Below are positions 48,604-59,149 of a stretch of DNA of 64,000 bases, in pieces. The notes beneath the pieces are model-generated. The model was not told where the DNA came from. It searched no databases and saw nothing but the letters and a program-made list of their open reading frames with translations. Position 1 is the stretch's first letter, and each line of letters starts with the position of its first letter. Both the position numbers and the translations under genes were made by a program. Source of the stretch: an uncultured delta proteobacterium (GTDB taxonomy: Bacteria; Myxococcota_A; Polyangia; Polyangiales; JAFGIB01); contig CAVZVA010000003.1 of NCBI GenBank assembly GCA_963778655.1, forward strand, positions 576,001 through 640,000. Direction: 5' to 3'.

Positions 48604-48753
48604 ACGCCGCGGTGCGCGGGCCGCGAACGCGGGCCAGATCAGAGCTCGCGATTCGGGAGCGAACCACGAGCTCTCATCTAGCAGCTAGAGCAGGGCAGCG
48701 AGCGCGCGCGAGCGATTCCGCGCCCGCCCGCTCGACGCTTGCCTGCGCGGCCG

Positions 48754-49185
48754 CTACTCCGGCAGGGTCGCGCCCGAGCCACCCATCTCCGCCGGTACGT
48801 CCTTCATCTTGGGAAGTCCGTCGCGAACGTGCAGCACCGTCTCCTGGTAGTTCACGTGCAGCGCAGGCTTGAAAGCAAACTCGGGGATCACCGCGGCGTA
48901 CACGTCGACCAGCTTCCAGGGCGGGTGCTCGGTGAACAGGTGCCCGCCGCACTGCTTGCACCACTTGCGCAGGCTCTGCGGGGTCTTCTTGTAGCTGCCG
49001 ATCTGGTCGGCACCCTTGACCACCTTCACCGAATCCGGGCTCCACAGCGAAAACGCGTTGATCGGCCCAGCCGACCAGCGCCGGCACGAGTCGCAGTGAC
49101 AGTAGCCCATGGCCACCGGCTCCCCGCTCACGCTCAGCTCGACCGCTCCGCAAAAGCACGTGCCTCGATAGCTCTTGTCGCTCAT
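48754..49185 (-). CDS. GFA/CENP-V family Zn-binding protein
   Basis: GTCFCGAV, YCHCDSCRR and WCKQCGGHL motifs. Confidence 0.92.
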   Translation of the reverse strand: MSDKSYRGTCFCGAVELSVSGEPVAMGYCHCDSCRRWSAGPINAFSLWSPDSVKVVKGADQIGSYKKTPQSLRKWCKQCGGHLFTEHPPWKLVDVYAAVIPEFAFKPALHVNYQETVLHVRDGLPKMKDVPAEMGGSGATLPE

Positions 49186-49313
49186 GGTCTCTCTCCGTTC
49201 ATGTTTCCTTTGGATGTCTACGTCGCCGCGCGCATGCCCGTTTCAGGCGGCTGCCAGAAAGCTCGCAAGGCCGGTGAGCTCCCGCCCGCGAGCCCCGGCC
49301 GAACGTACCGCGG

Positions 49314-49668
49314 ATGACACATGTGTCGGCCGTGGCGCCGGGAGGGCGCGGCGGATCAACCTACGTAACGCGCGTCCTTCCGATTTTGCTCCGCAGAAAC
49401 GTCGGCGAAATCCCTCCGGATCAGGTTGCGCGCATGCTCGGAGGACGAGAACGAGCAGCGCACGAGGCACCTCATGGAAGACATGCCCAAGAGCGACCCG
49501 ATGAAGTTCACGCGCGAGCGCCTGATCGAGATCGGCACGGTCTGGAAGGCGTTTGCCAAGGAGCGCGCCGAGACCTACCGGGACAAGCTGCCGCCTTCCC
49601 TCAAGCAATACCTGCAGCCCAAGCCCAAGCCTGAGTCGCCCGCGGACCCTCCGCCTCCCCCATCCTGA
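49314..49668 (+). pseudogene. Possible short or fragmentary gene with a frameshift near 49440
   Basis: ...IPPDQVARML in one frame continues as EDENEQRTRHLMEDMPKSDPMKFTRERL... in another; function unknown. Confidence 0.3.
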
Positions 49669-49728
49669 GTCGGCGCACGGCGGAAGCTGGTCGTGGCTGC
49701 GCGGGCGCGCGCGTGACATGGTTCGCGC

Positions 49729-50349
49729 GTGCGGCTCTACGACTCGACCATCCCCTCCGGCAACGCGTACAAGGTTCACCTGATGCTGTCACAGCTCGGG
49801 CTGCCCTACGAGACGAGCGAGCTCGACATCTTGGCCACGCCTTCGCAGACGCGGCTGCCGGCATTTGTGGCGAAGAACCCCAACGGGCGGATCCCGGTGC
49901 TGGAGCTCGACGACGGCCGCTGCCTGCCCGAGTCGAACGCGATCCTGTGCTACCTGGCGGAAGGCACGCCGCTGCTCGCCGAGGGGCGCTGGGAGCGGGC
50001 GCAGACGCTGCAGTGGTTGTTCTTCGAGCAGTACAGCCACGAGCCGTACGTCGCGGTGCTCAAGTTCTGGACCTATTGGGGCGGGCTCGACAAGTTGCGC
50101 GCGGACGAGATCGAGCGCCTGCGGGTACGCGCGCAGGCCGCTCTCGACGTGATGGAGACTCATCTCGGCACACGCGCGTTCTTCGTGGATGAGCGCTACT
50201 CGATCGCCGACATCGCGCTTTTCGCCTACACGCAGAGCGCCGAGGCCATCGGCCTGTCGATCGGACCACGGGTCGCCGCCTGGCTCGAGCGCGTGCGCGC
50301 ACAGCCCGGACACGTGCCGATCAAGCGCGATCCGCTGGGCAAGGTCTGA
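49729..50349 (+). CDS. Glutathione S-transferase family protein
   Basis: SGNAYKV, NPNGRIPVL, ESNAIL and YSIADIALF motifs. Confidence 0.93.
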   Translation: MRLYDSTIPSGNAYKVHLMLSQLGLPYETSELDILATPSQTRLPAFVAKNPNGRIPVLELDDGRCLPESNAILCYLAEGTPLLAEGRWERAQTLQWLFFEQYSHEPYVAVLKFWTYWGGLDKLRADEIERLRVRAQAALDVMETHLGTRAFFVDERYSIADIALFAYTQSAEAIGLSIGPRVAAWLERVRAQPGHVPIKRDPLGKV

Positions 50350-50386
50350 GGCCCGTGCGCGACCCGCGCCGCGGGCGGCGGCTCGC

Positions 50387-53300
50387 TCAGACGCTGGTGC
50401 AGCCGGGCACGAGCATCTCGGTCATCGCCTCGAGGTTCTGGACGCCCTGCGCGTGCATCGCCGCGTCGCCCTGCACGAGCAGCTGCGCGCCCTCGTCGCC
50501 GCCGAGCAACCCGCCGAGCCGGCGGCGCGCGGCCGCGGCGTAGATCGCGAGCTCGCTCTGGTCGAGCAGGTCCAGCGCGAAGCGCAGTTGCTGCGCCGCC
50601 GTTTCGCGACGCCCGTCCGCCAGCGCGAGCCCGGCCTCGATCAGCGCGGCCCAGCCCGGCGCATAGCGCATCCGCGTGCGGCGCAACACCCGCGCGTCCT
50701 CACGCGCGACCGCACGCGCCCGCGAGCGGTCCGCGCCGCGCTGCCGCAGCGCGCCCACTGCCGACGCCGCACGGTCGTACGAGAAGAACCCGCGCGCCAG
50801 GTGCACCCGCAGCAGCTGCGAGCGCGCCAGCGCCGGCCACTGCTCGCACGCGCGAGAGAACGCGCTGGCGCTGTCGCCTTCGTAGCGCAGCAGCCGCTGC
50901 TCACCGAGCATGAGGTGCGCATCCTGCCATTGATAGCTGCTCTGCGGATGGTGCCTGCGCCTGGCCTGCTCGAAGCGCGCGCGCACCTCGGGAACGTCGT
51001 CCGAAGTCAGCCATCCGGCCACAGCCGACGAAGTCCCGAGGATGGTAGCCGCCCACAGATCGCCGCGGCGCGCTGCGTCTTCGACCAGCAAGCTGGCGCG
51101 CGCGCCGAGCTCGCGCAGCTCTCCCAGGTGAAAGGCCGCGGTCTGGTCGTAGACGTCCACGCACGCGATCTCGTAGGCCACGTCGCGGCAGCGCGAACGC
51201 AACAGCTCGAGCGCCTCGCCCAGGCGCGCACGCGATTCGGTGAAACGACCGAGGTTGACGGTGACGCAGCCATGGACCCCGACCACGAAGCCGAGCGCTT
51301 CGGGCTCACCGACCCGCTCCGCCAGCCCGAGCGCCCGCGCCGCGAGCGCGCTGGCGCGGGGCTCGGCTGGAGCGCCGGCGAAGCTGGCGAGATAGGCCTC
51401 GTAGCCCAGCCCGCGCGCCGCGTGCAGGGGGGAGCCGACGTCGAGCGCCAGCGCCAGATAGCGGGCATGCATGTCGACCATCACGAACGGGTCGTTGCCG
51501 GACGAGCCCTGGATCACGGTCCACAGCGCGTCGAGCCGATGTGCGGCGCCGTCTTGCGTGCGCCTCAGGCTCGCTTCGTCCAGGCGCAGGCCGCGCGACC
51601 ACAGGCGCGTGCGCGACCAGAGCGCCCGCCCCAGCGCCGCCCGCGGAGAAGACGGCAGCCGCAAGCCAATCGCCGACAGCACCTCCGACAGCAGGCGCCG
51701 GCCCTCGTCGACCTGTCCGGCCGTCATCGAGTGGTAGGCCGCCTTGCGCTTGAGCTCGAAGCTGAGACCGGCGTCCGCCCCGGCGGCGGCCTCGCGGTAC
51801 ACGCGCGCAGCGTCCAGCCCGCGCCCGGCTCCGGCCAGCGCGTCGGCGTGCTTGATCTGCAGCGCGCGGCGCGGTTCGGGCTCGAAGCTGCCGAGCGCGA
51901 GCGCACGCTCGTACAGGCGCGCGGCGCGCTCGAACGCCAGCGCCGCGACCGCACGGTCACCGCTTTGCTCCGTGGCGCGGGCGGCGCGCGGCCGATCGCC
52001 TGCTACCTCGTAGCAGGTGGCGAGCAGCTCGGGATCCGCATCCTGCCGCGGCGCGAGCGTGCGCGCGAGCGCGGTGTACAGCTCCGCGCGGCGCTGCGCG
52101 GGCAGCGCCCGGCTGACGCCCTCGCGGACGCGGTCGTGGTAGCACTCCACGCGACGCCCCCCCGCATCGCCCGCGCTGCCGCGCACCAGCTGCTCGGCGC
52201 GCAGCAGATCGAGCGCGCCGTGCCCGTCGGCGGCGCCCGCGGCTTCGGCCGCCACGCTCGACGGCAGCGGCTGCCCGGCCAGCGCGAGCAGCTCGAGCAA
52301 CGCGCGCGCGGCCTGCGGCAGCTGCGCCACGTGATCGGAAAGCGCCTCGTCGAGCGCGATCTGCCCCAGGCGCGCGGCGCCCCGCCGCTGCGCAAAGCGT
52401 GCCAGCTCGCCCACGAAGAACGGGCTGCCCTGGGCCTCCTCGCCGACGCTCGCGGCCAGCGCCGTGGACTGCGCGTCCGAGCCCAGCCAGCGCTGCGCCA
52501 GCAGGCGTGCCGCTTCGCCCGACAGCGGCGGCACGCGCAGCTCGCGCACGTCGAGCGAGCGGTTGGCGCGCGCGCCGGCAATGATCGCCTGCAGCAGCGC
52601 GTTGTGCTCGCCGCCTTCGACGCGATGGCTGCCGATCGCGAGCGCCGGGATCGCCTCGCGCTGCGCGAGCAAGTAGCCCATCAGCACCGTGGTGTCGCGG
52701 TCCACCCACTGCAGGTCGTCGATGTAGACGACCAGAGGCTGCCGGTCGCGCAGCGCCCAGAGCAGCTCGCGCAGCGCGACGAACGCGCGGCTCTGCAGCT
52801 CCTGCGGGTCGGGCACGTGCTTCTTCGGCGCGTCGGCGATCACCTCGACGCGATCGAGCACGGGAAACAGGCGCGCCAGCGCGTAGACCTCGCGCGGCAG
52901 CACCGCGGCGGCCTGCTCGCGCGGCAGCTTGCGCAGGTAGCGGCTGAGCTCGTCGATCAGCGCGTCGAATCCCTTGTAGGGCACGTTCTCGCGCTCGTAG
53001 CAGCGCCCCGCGAGCACCAGCGCGCGCCCTTCGATCCGCAGCTCGGCGAGGAACGCTTCGACCAGCGCGCTCTTGCCCATGCCGGATTCGCCCGAGACGA
53101 ACGTCACCACCGCCTGGCCCCCGAGCGAGGCTGCGTACGCTTCGCGCAACGCGCGCAGCTCGCCTTCACGCCCGATCAGCTCGGGCGCGGGCTCGGGCGC
53201 CAGGCTCGGGCGCGCGCCCGGCCGCGCCGAAGGTGCGCGCGCGGCGCCGGCACCCAGCACGGCCAGCAGCGCTGCGGCGTCGGGTCGCGCGGACGGCTCG

Positions 53301-54305
53301 CGCGCGAGCAGCGCGACGCACAGCGCGTCGAGGTCGGCCGGGATCTCGACGTTGGGCGGCTCGCTCGGCTGCGCCGGTCCCTCGGACGCCTCGGGCGGGC
53401 GGCGCAAGCCCGACACCGTGGGCGCGGCCTCGAGCGCGGCCGCGCGGCGCCGGCGCGACGCCACCGCGCTCGCGCGGGGCGCATCGTAGAGCTGCTTGCG
53501 CGCGAGCACCTCGCCGAAGCGACCGCTGAACGGAAGGTCCCCGGTCAGCGCTTCGAATAGCATCACCCCGAGCGCGTAGTAGTCGCTGGCGCGGGTCGTC
53601 ATGCCCCCGGCCGCCTGCTCCGGCGCCATGTACGCCGGCGTGCCGCTCAGGCTCTCATCGTCCAGGGTGTGCCCGGCCGCGCCCGGCTCCGGCGTCACGG
53701 CCAGCCCGAAATCGAGCACCACCACCCGCCCCTCGGCGGTGACCAGCACGTTGCTGGGCTTCAGAATCGCGGTGCAGCTTACCGGCGGCGTGGATCGCGT
53801 TCACCGCGTCGACCAGCTGCGCGAAGGCCGCGCGCAGGCGGCCCTCGTCGAGCACCCTCGCCGCGGGCTCGGGCCGCACCCAGCGATCGAAGCGCTCGCC
53901 GGGCACCAGCTCCATGGTGAAGAACCAGCTGTCGCCTTCGGCGAACAGCTCGTGCAGCCGCACCAGGTTGGGATGCACGACACCGGCGAGCGCGCGGAAC
54001 TCGTTCTTCAGCCCGTACACGCTGGCGGCATCCAGCCTGTTCAGGGTCTTGAGCGCAACCTTGGCCTTGCGCTCGTCGTCGAACGCCTCGTAGACCACGC
54101 CCATGCCGCCCTCGCCGATCCGGCGCAGCAGCGACAGGCGGCCACCGCCGACGCTCGAGCCCAACCGCAGGGCCGAGCCTATGAGCGCGGGCTCGGATCC
54201 GGGGACGCGTGGCGCACCGGCCCCCGCCCCCTCCGGAGCTCGTGCCACATCCGCCCCCGCGGCCGCGCCCTCGGCGCCGGCATCCTGCGCTGCATTGAGC
54301 CGCAT
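50387..54305 (-). CDS. Ser/Thr kinase - AAA ATPase - TPR-like multidomain protein, split by a +1 frameshift at ~53765
   Basis: IGEGGMGVVY, VALK and HRD in the upstream frame. LKPSNVLV, DFG, GTPAYMAPEQ, Walker A GESGMGKS and IDDLQW in the downstream frame. Confidence 0.88.
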
Positions 54306-54492
54306 TGTGCGCCCCCCATTATGCTGTAAAGCCGCCCGCGCGCGGCGAGGTTGCAAGGAAAAAGCGCCGCATCGCCTCACAATTCTCGCGGCGGCCTCGG
54401 CCGGAGGGGCACGCGGCTGGATGCAACCGCACGCCACACGTGGCATTTCCCCCACGAACACCGTAGGGTGCGCTGACTCGGAGGCAGCAGCA

Positions 54493-56010
54493 GTGGCCGA
54501 GCATTTCGACGTCATCATAGTGGGCGCCGGGCTTTCCGGCGTGGGCGCCGCGTACCACCTGCAGACGCGCTGCCCCCACAAGTCCTATGTGATCCTCGAG
54601 GCGCGCGAGGCAATCGGCGGGACCTGGGACTTGTTTCGCTATCCGGGCATCCGCTCGGACTCGGACATGTTCACGCTCGGCTACCGCTTCAAGCCCTGGG
54701 AGGAGCCCAAGGCGATCGCCGACGGCCAGTCGATCTTGCGCTACGTGCGCGAGACCGCGGCCGAGCACGGCATCGACCGCAAGATCCGCTTCGGACAGCG
54801 GGTCACGCGCGCCTCGTGGTCGAGCGAGCAAGCGCTGTGGACGGTCGAGACCGAGTGCGGGCCGGCGCGGCAGGTGCAGCGCTTCACCTGCCGTTTTCTC
54901 GACATGTGCAGCGGCTACTACGCCTATGACGCCGGCCACACTCCACAGTTCGAGGGGACCGAGCAGTTCGCGGGCCGCATCGTGCACCCGCAGCAGTGGC
55001 GCGACGACGTCGAGTACGAGGGCAAGCGGGTGGTGGTGATCGGCAGCGGGGCGACCGCGATGACGCTGGTGCCCGAGCTCTCCAAGAAGGCCGCTCACGT
55101 GGTGATGTTGCAGCGCTCGCCCACTTATGTCGTGTCGGTGCCGGCCCGGGACCCGATCGCGAATTTCCTGCGCCGCTGGCTGCCGGCCAAGCTGGCGTAC
55201 TCCCTGACGCGCTGGAAGAACGTGCTGCTCGGGCTGCTGTTCTTCCAGCTCGCGCGCTGGACGCCGCGCTGGGCCAATCGCGCGCTGGTGCGCCAGGTCG
55301 AGCTCGCGCTCGGCCCCGGCCACGACGTCGAGAAGCACTTCACCCCCCGCTACAACGTGTGGGACCAGCGGGTGTGCCTGGTCCCCGACGGCGACCTGTT
55401 CGAGGCCATCCGCGCAGGCAAGGTCTCGGTCGTGACCGACCACATCGACCGTTTCATGCCTTCGGGCATACGCTTGCGCTCGGGGCAGGAGCTGGAAGCG
55501 GATCTGGTGGTCACCGCGACCGGCCTCGAGCTGGTCTTCCTCGGCGGCATGCAGCTTGTCGTCGACGGGCGCAAGGTCGAGCCCAACCAGCTGATGAACT
55601 ACAAGGGCTGCATGTTCAGCGACGTGCCGAACCTGGCCTACACCTTCGGCTACACCAATGCGTCCTGGACGCTGAAGGCCGACCTCAGCGCCGAGTACGT
55701 GTGCCGCCTGCTGCTGCACATGGATGCCGTTGGCGCGAGCCAGTGCACGCCACGCCGCACCGACCCCAGCGTGCAGGAGCAGCCCTGGCTCGACTTCACC
55801 AGCGGCTACGTGCAGCGCTCCCTGCCGCGGTTTCCCAAGCAGGGCTCCAAGCGCCCGTTCCGGGTCTACCAGAACTACGCGCTCGACCTGCTGATGCTGC
55901 GTTACGGCGCGGTGGACGACGGCACGCTCGAGCTCGCGCCCGCGGGCGGCACGGCCCTCGGCGCGGACGTGGCGTGCCTGCCCAGCGAGACCGCGGACCC
56001 GCTGCCCTGA
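54493..56010 (+). CDS. Flavin-containing Baeyer-Villiger monooxygenase (EthA-like)
   Basis: GAGLSG, GGTWDLFRYPGIRSDSD, FAGRIVHPQQW, GSGATA, ATG and SWTLKAD motifs. Confidence 0.93.
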   Translation: MAEHFDVIIVGAGLSGVGAAYHLQTRCPHKSYVILEAREAIGGTWDLFRYPGIRSDSDMFTLGYRFKPWEEPKAIADGQSILRYVRETAAEHGIDRKIRFGQRVTRASWSSEQALWTVETECGPARQVQRFTCRFLDMCSGYYAYDAGHTPQFEGTEQFAGRIVHPQQWRDDVEYEGKRVVVIGSGATAMTLVPELSKKAAHVVMLQRSPTYVVSVPARDPIANFLRRWLPAKLAYSLTRWKNVLLGLLFFQLARWTPRWANRALVRQVELALGPGHDVEKHFTPRYNVWDQRVCLVPDGDLFEAIRAGKVSVVTDHIDRFMPSGIRLRSGQELEADLVVTATGLELVFLGGMQLVVDGRKVEPNQLMNYKGCMFSDVPNLAYTFGYTNASWTLKADLSAEYVCRLLLHMDAVGASQCTPRRTDPSVQEQPWLDFTSGYVQRSLPRFPKQGSKRPFRVYQNYALDLLMLRYGAVDDGTLELAPAGGTALGADVACLPSETADPLP

Positions 56011-56049
56011 GCGCGGCCGTGCGCGGCAGGGGCTGCCTCGGCGCGACGC

Positions 56050-56523
56050 TCAGGTCGAGCCGGCGTCGTCCTCGCTGGGGCACGACGCATCCGGCTCGCA
56101 GGGGCAGGGACCATCGAGCGCCTCGCACACCGCGCCGCCCTCCAGCGCGAAGCCCGGGTCGTACGCGGTGCACTGCTCGTGCGCGCTGAGCTCGAACGAG
56201 CCGGCGAGCTTGCCGCTGTGCGGGTCGTAGAGCACGGCCCAGGACAGATCGAGACCGCGGGACACGACCGCGTCGTAGCTGCCGCAGCGCGCCAGAAACG
56301 GCGTGGGGTCGAACGCCGACACCGGGCTGCAACGCTGGTCGCGCGCGCGCTCGGTCGCGAAGTCGCAGCTGACCGCGCCGCGGCAATCCGGAAGCGGGCC
56401 GAGCTCGCATGGCAGCGCGCCCGCATGCGGCTGCGCGCTGCGCGCCTTGCACGCCGCAGCGAGCGCGAGCGGAAACAGCAGACTGTGGACGAGCCGCGCC
56501 AGGGTAAACCAGGTGTAAGCCAT
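56050..56523 (-). CDS. Small Cys-rich hypothetical lipoprotein
   Basis: Lipobox-like LAAAC, many Cys, C-terminal DDAG. Confidence 0.55.
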   Translation of the reverse strand: MAYTWFTLARLVHSLLFPLALAAACKARSAQPHAGALPCELGPLPDCRGAVSCDFATERARDQRCSPVSAFDPTPFLARCGSYDAVVSRGLDLSWAVLYDPHSGKLAGSFELSAHEQCTAYDPGFALEGGAVCEALDGPCPCEPDASCPSEDDAGST

Positions 56524-56608
56524 GAGGCCCGCGCCGCCGGAGCGGGACGCGGAACCCCTAATGAAAGGCGCTTTTCGCCGCGCTCGCAAGCGGTGCGGTG
56601 CGCTCCGC

Positions 56609-58171
56609 TCAGTTCTTGCTGTACCCGACCTTGAACACGTGGCCGCCCTGGTCATCAGAGAAGTAGACGGCCTCGTCCGGGCCCTGGCGCACGTCGACCG
56701 GGCGCGCTTCCCAGCTGCCCTGCACCAGCTGCCCTGAGGAGTCCTTCTGGCCGACGATCGGCTGGACCGATACGATCGCGCCGTTCTGGTAGTGCGCGCG
56801 CGCGAGCACGCGACCGGTCGCGGGGTCTCGGTTCCAGGAACCGTGCGAGGTGATCAGGAAGTCGCCGTTGAACGGCAGCGCGTGGCCGGTGTACTGGATG
56901 ATGCCGAGCGGCGCCCAGTGCGCCTGCATGACGAACATCGGCGGATGGACGTTGGCGGTGTTCTTGCACCAGCCGTCGGTCTTCTGGTTCGCCACATCGA
57001 GCGCCGAGGTTTGATCCGCCCACTGCGTGCCCGGGCCGTTGCCGCCGCTGACCTGGCCCTCGCTGTAGCAGAACGGGTAGCCGTAGAAGCTCGAGCCGCT
57101 GCCGTCGACCAGGTTGATCTCCTCGCCGGGGTTGTCGTTGTGGATATCGCCGCCGAAGTCGTTGTCGCTGAGATCGTCACGCCCGTTCTCCACGCCCCAC
57201 AGCCGATCCTGGGCGTCGATGAACAGGCCCACCTCGTTGCGCATCCCCGACGCCACCACCTCGCCTTTCGTGGCGTAGTCGAGGCCGCCGGAAGGGATGC
57301 TCGCCGGCAGCGTGTAGCGCCGCACCTGCCCGCGCGTGTCCCACAGCTGCTGCGCGTTGTCGACGTTACCCCCCGAGCCGATGTTGACGTAGAGCCGGCC
57401 CGTGGAATCGAACTGCAGCGTGCGCGTGTCGTGCCCGCCGCCCGGGATGTTCGCGATCACCACCTCGGCGGAGCCGCTGGCCGCGTGCGAGCCGCTGGTG
57501 TAGGCCCAGCGGTAGACCGTGGTCTGGCTCGACGCGTACACGAACTTGCCGTCGCGCGAGAACGCCAGCCCGTGCCGCAGCCCCGACGCGCTGGCGAAGC
57601 TCGCGCGCTCGCTGTTGTCGCTGGTGCCATCGTGGTTGGCGTCCCACAGCACGGTGACCGAGCCGTTGTTGACGAACAGATCGCCGTTGGGCGCGAACGC
57701 CATCTGGCGTGGCGAGCCCAGCCCCTGCGCGAACACGTATACGCACAGCCGCGCGTCCGACACGTAGGCCGCGTAGGGCATGCTGCCGGTGCAGGTGTCG
57801 GCCACGGCGCCCGCGTCCTTGCCGGCGTCGGTCTTGCCCGCGTCCTTGCCGGCGTCGGTCTTGCCCGCATCCTTGCCGGCGTCGGTCTTGCCCGCATCCT
57901 TGCCGGCGTCGGTCTTGCCCGCGTCCAGCTTGCCGGTCCCGCCCTTGCCCGCGTCCGCCTTGCCGGCGTCGGCCGCTGAGCTGGACCCGGGCTTTACGGC
58001 GGCGTCGCGTGAGGATGTACGCCCGCTGCCCTTGTTCTGGCCCGAAGCCGCCCCGGACCCGCCGGTAGCCGCGCCGGCCTGGCCTGCGCCCGCGTGCTTC
58101 GACTTGGAGCATCCGCAGGCCACAACAACGGCGGCCACGCACGTGAGCAGCACCATCCCCTGTGTCCGCAT
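56609..58171 (-). CDS. Glucose/sorbosone dehydrogenase-family (PQQ-type beta-propeller) lipoprotein
   Basis: PRQMAFAPNGDL, GGHDTR, GMRNEVG, ENGRD, NPGEE, YGYP, AHWAPLG, HGSWNR and RPVDV motifs; lipobox ACGC. Confidence 0.88.
   Translation of the reverse strand: MRTQGMVLLTCVAAVVVACGCSKSKHAGAGQAGAATGGSGAASGQNKGSGRTSSRDAAVKPGSSSAADAGKADAGKGGTGKLDAGKTDAGKDAGKTDAGKDAGKTDAGKDAGKTDAGKDAGAVADTCTGSMPYAAYVSDARLCVYVFAQGLGSPRQMAFAPNGDLFVNNGSVTVLWDANHDGTSDNSERASFASASGLRHGLAFSRDGKFVYASSQTTVYRWAYTSGSHAASGSAEVVIANIPGGGHDTRTLQFDSTGRLYVNIGSGGNVDNAQQLWDTRGQVRRYTLPASIPSGGLDYATKGEVVASGMRNEVGLFIDAQDRLWGVENGRDDLSDNDFGGDIHNDNPGEEINLVDGSGSSFYGYPFCYSEGQVSGGNGPGTQWADQTSALDVANQKTDGWCKNTANVHPPMFVMQAHWAPLGIIQYTGHALPFNGDFLITSHGSWNRDPATGRVLARAHYQNGAIVSVQPIVGQKDSSGQLVQGSWEARPVDVRQGPDEAVYFSDDQGGHVFKVGYSKN
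57817..57925. repeat. 27-bp tandem repeat (about 4 units) encoding DAGKTDAGK
   Basis: CCTTGCCGGCGTCGGTCTTGCCCGC(G/A)T repeated. Confidence 0.85.
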
Positions 58172-58286
58172 GGCTCCAGGATGAGGACCCCACGAGCGGG
58201 GCGCAACCCCAGGCTTGTGGGCCTCGAGCGCGCCCGCCAGCGCCGGCCTGCGTGCGGCGCCAACCTCGTGAATCGAGAGGTCCGAG

Positions 58287-58311
58287 CTTCCCGCCTTCCC
58301 GTCTTCCTGTT
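58287..58311 (-). repeat. REP-like dispersed repeat family 1 copy
   Basis: Reverse complement AACAGGAAGACGGGAAGGCGGGAAG. Confidence 0.5.
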
Positions 58312-58331
58312 GCCCGCCCGCGCGCTGCTGC

Positions 58332-58907
58332 CTACTGCGCGTCACACAGCGGCGCCTCGCAGCTCTCGCGCAGCCGGCACCCCGCGCAAGGCTGGCCGCG
58401 CCAGATCGCGTCGTACATCGCCTGCACCTGGTCCAGCAGCTGCTCGTCGCTGCTGACGATGCCCAGCTCGAAGTTGCGCCGGCCCTCGCCCTTGGCTCCG
58501 AGCCCGGCGCCGGTCCAGTTGGCGCTGCCGAGGTAGACCAGCTCGGCATCGACGATCACGGTCTTCAGGTGCACCCGCGGGCACAGCCGCAGCTGCAGCC
58601 CGCCCTGCACCAGACGCTTGTGGCGATCGAACTCGTCGCGAAACGGGCGTGAGGGCAGGCTGGCGTGCAGGATGCGCAGCTCGACGCCGCGCGCGGCCAG
58701 CTCGTCGAAGCGCTCGAGCACCGAGCGGTAGTCGCGGCGGCGGCCCGGCATCTGCAACGCGGCCTCGACCATCAGCTCCTTGAGATTCGCGGTCGCGATC
58801 CACACGCTGCGACGCGCCTGAAGCACCGCGTCGACCACGCGCTCGTAGTGGCCGCGCCCGCCGACCAGCTCGAGCGCCCGCGGCAAGAGCGGCAGCACGA
58901 AATCCAC
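58332..58907 (-). CDS. Single-domain phospholipase D/nuclease family protein with C-terminal Cys cluster
   Basis: HLKTVIVD...GSANWTGAG...NFELG; C-terminal CAGCRLRESC. Confidence 0.85.
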   Translation of the reverse strand: MDFVLPLLPRALELVGGRGHYERVVDAVLQARRSVWIATANLKELMVEAALQMPGRRRDYRSVLERFDELAARGVELRILHASLPSRPFRDEFDRHKRLVQGGLQLRLCPRVHLKTVIVDAELVYLGSANWTGAGLGAKGEGRRNFELGIVSSDEQLLDQVQAMYDAIWRGQPCAGCRLRESCEAPLCDAQ

Positions 58908-59149
58908 CGGCCGATCGTAGGCCGCCGCAGCCCGGCCCAGCCAGTTTGCGGCGGCGGGGGCCTGCACGCGCTGAGCCCCATGCGCCGTGCCCGTGAAACT
59001 CGCTCAGCAGCAAGCGAGGGCTCCTCAGCGGTGGGAGGGGGGCAAGCTCGAGCAGCCGAGCGCACAACGCGAGCAGCACAGCGAAACCAGGCCCGCGCTG
59101 CACGGCATCGAACGCTCGGGCGCCGCGCCGCTCGTTCGCGGCCGCGTGC

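Noticed and set aside
50189..53560. 1123-aa plus-strand ORF and the many similar long antisense/alternate-frame ORFs in the track
   Set aside because: Shadow ORFs of real genes caused by stop-codon scarcity at high GC; Arg/Ala-rich with no motifs.
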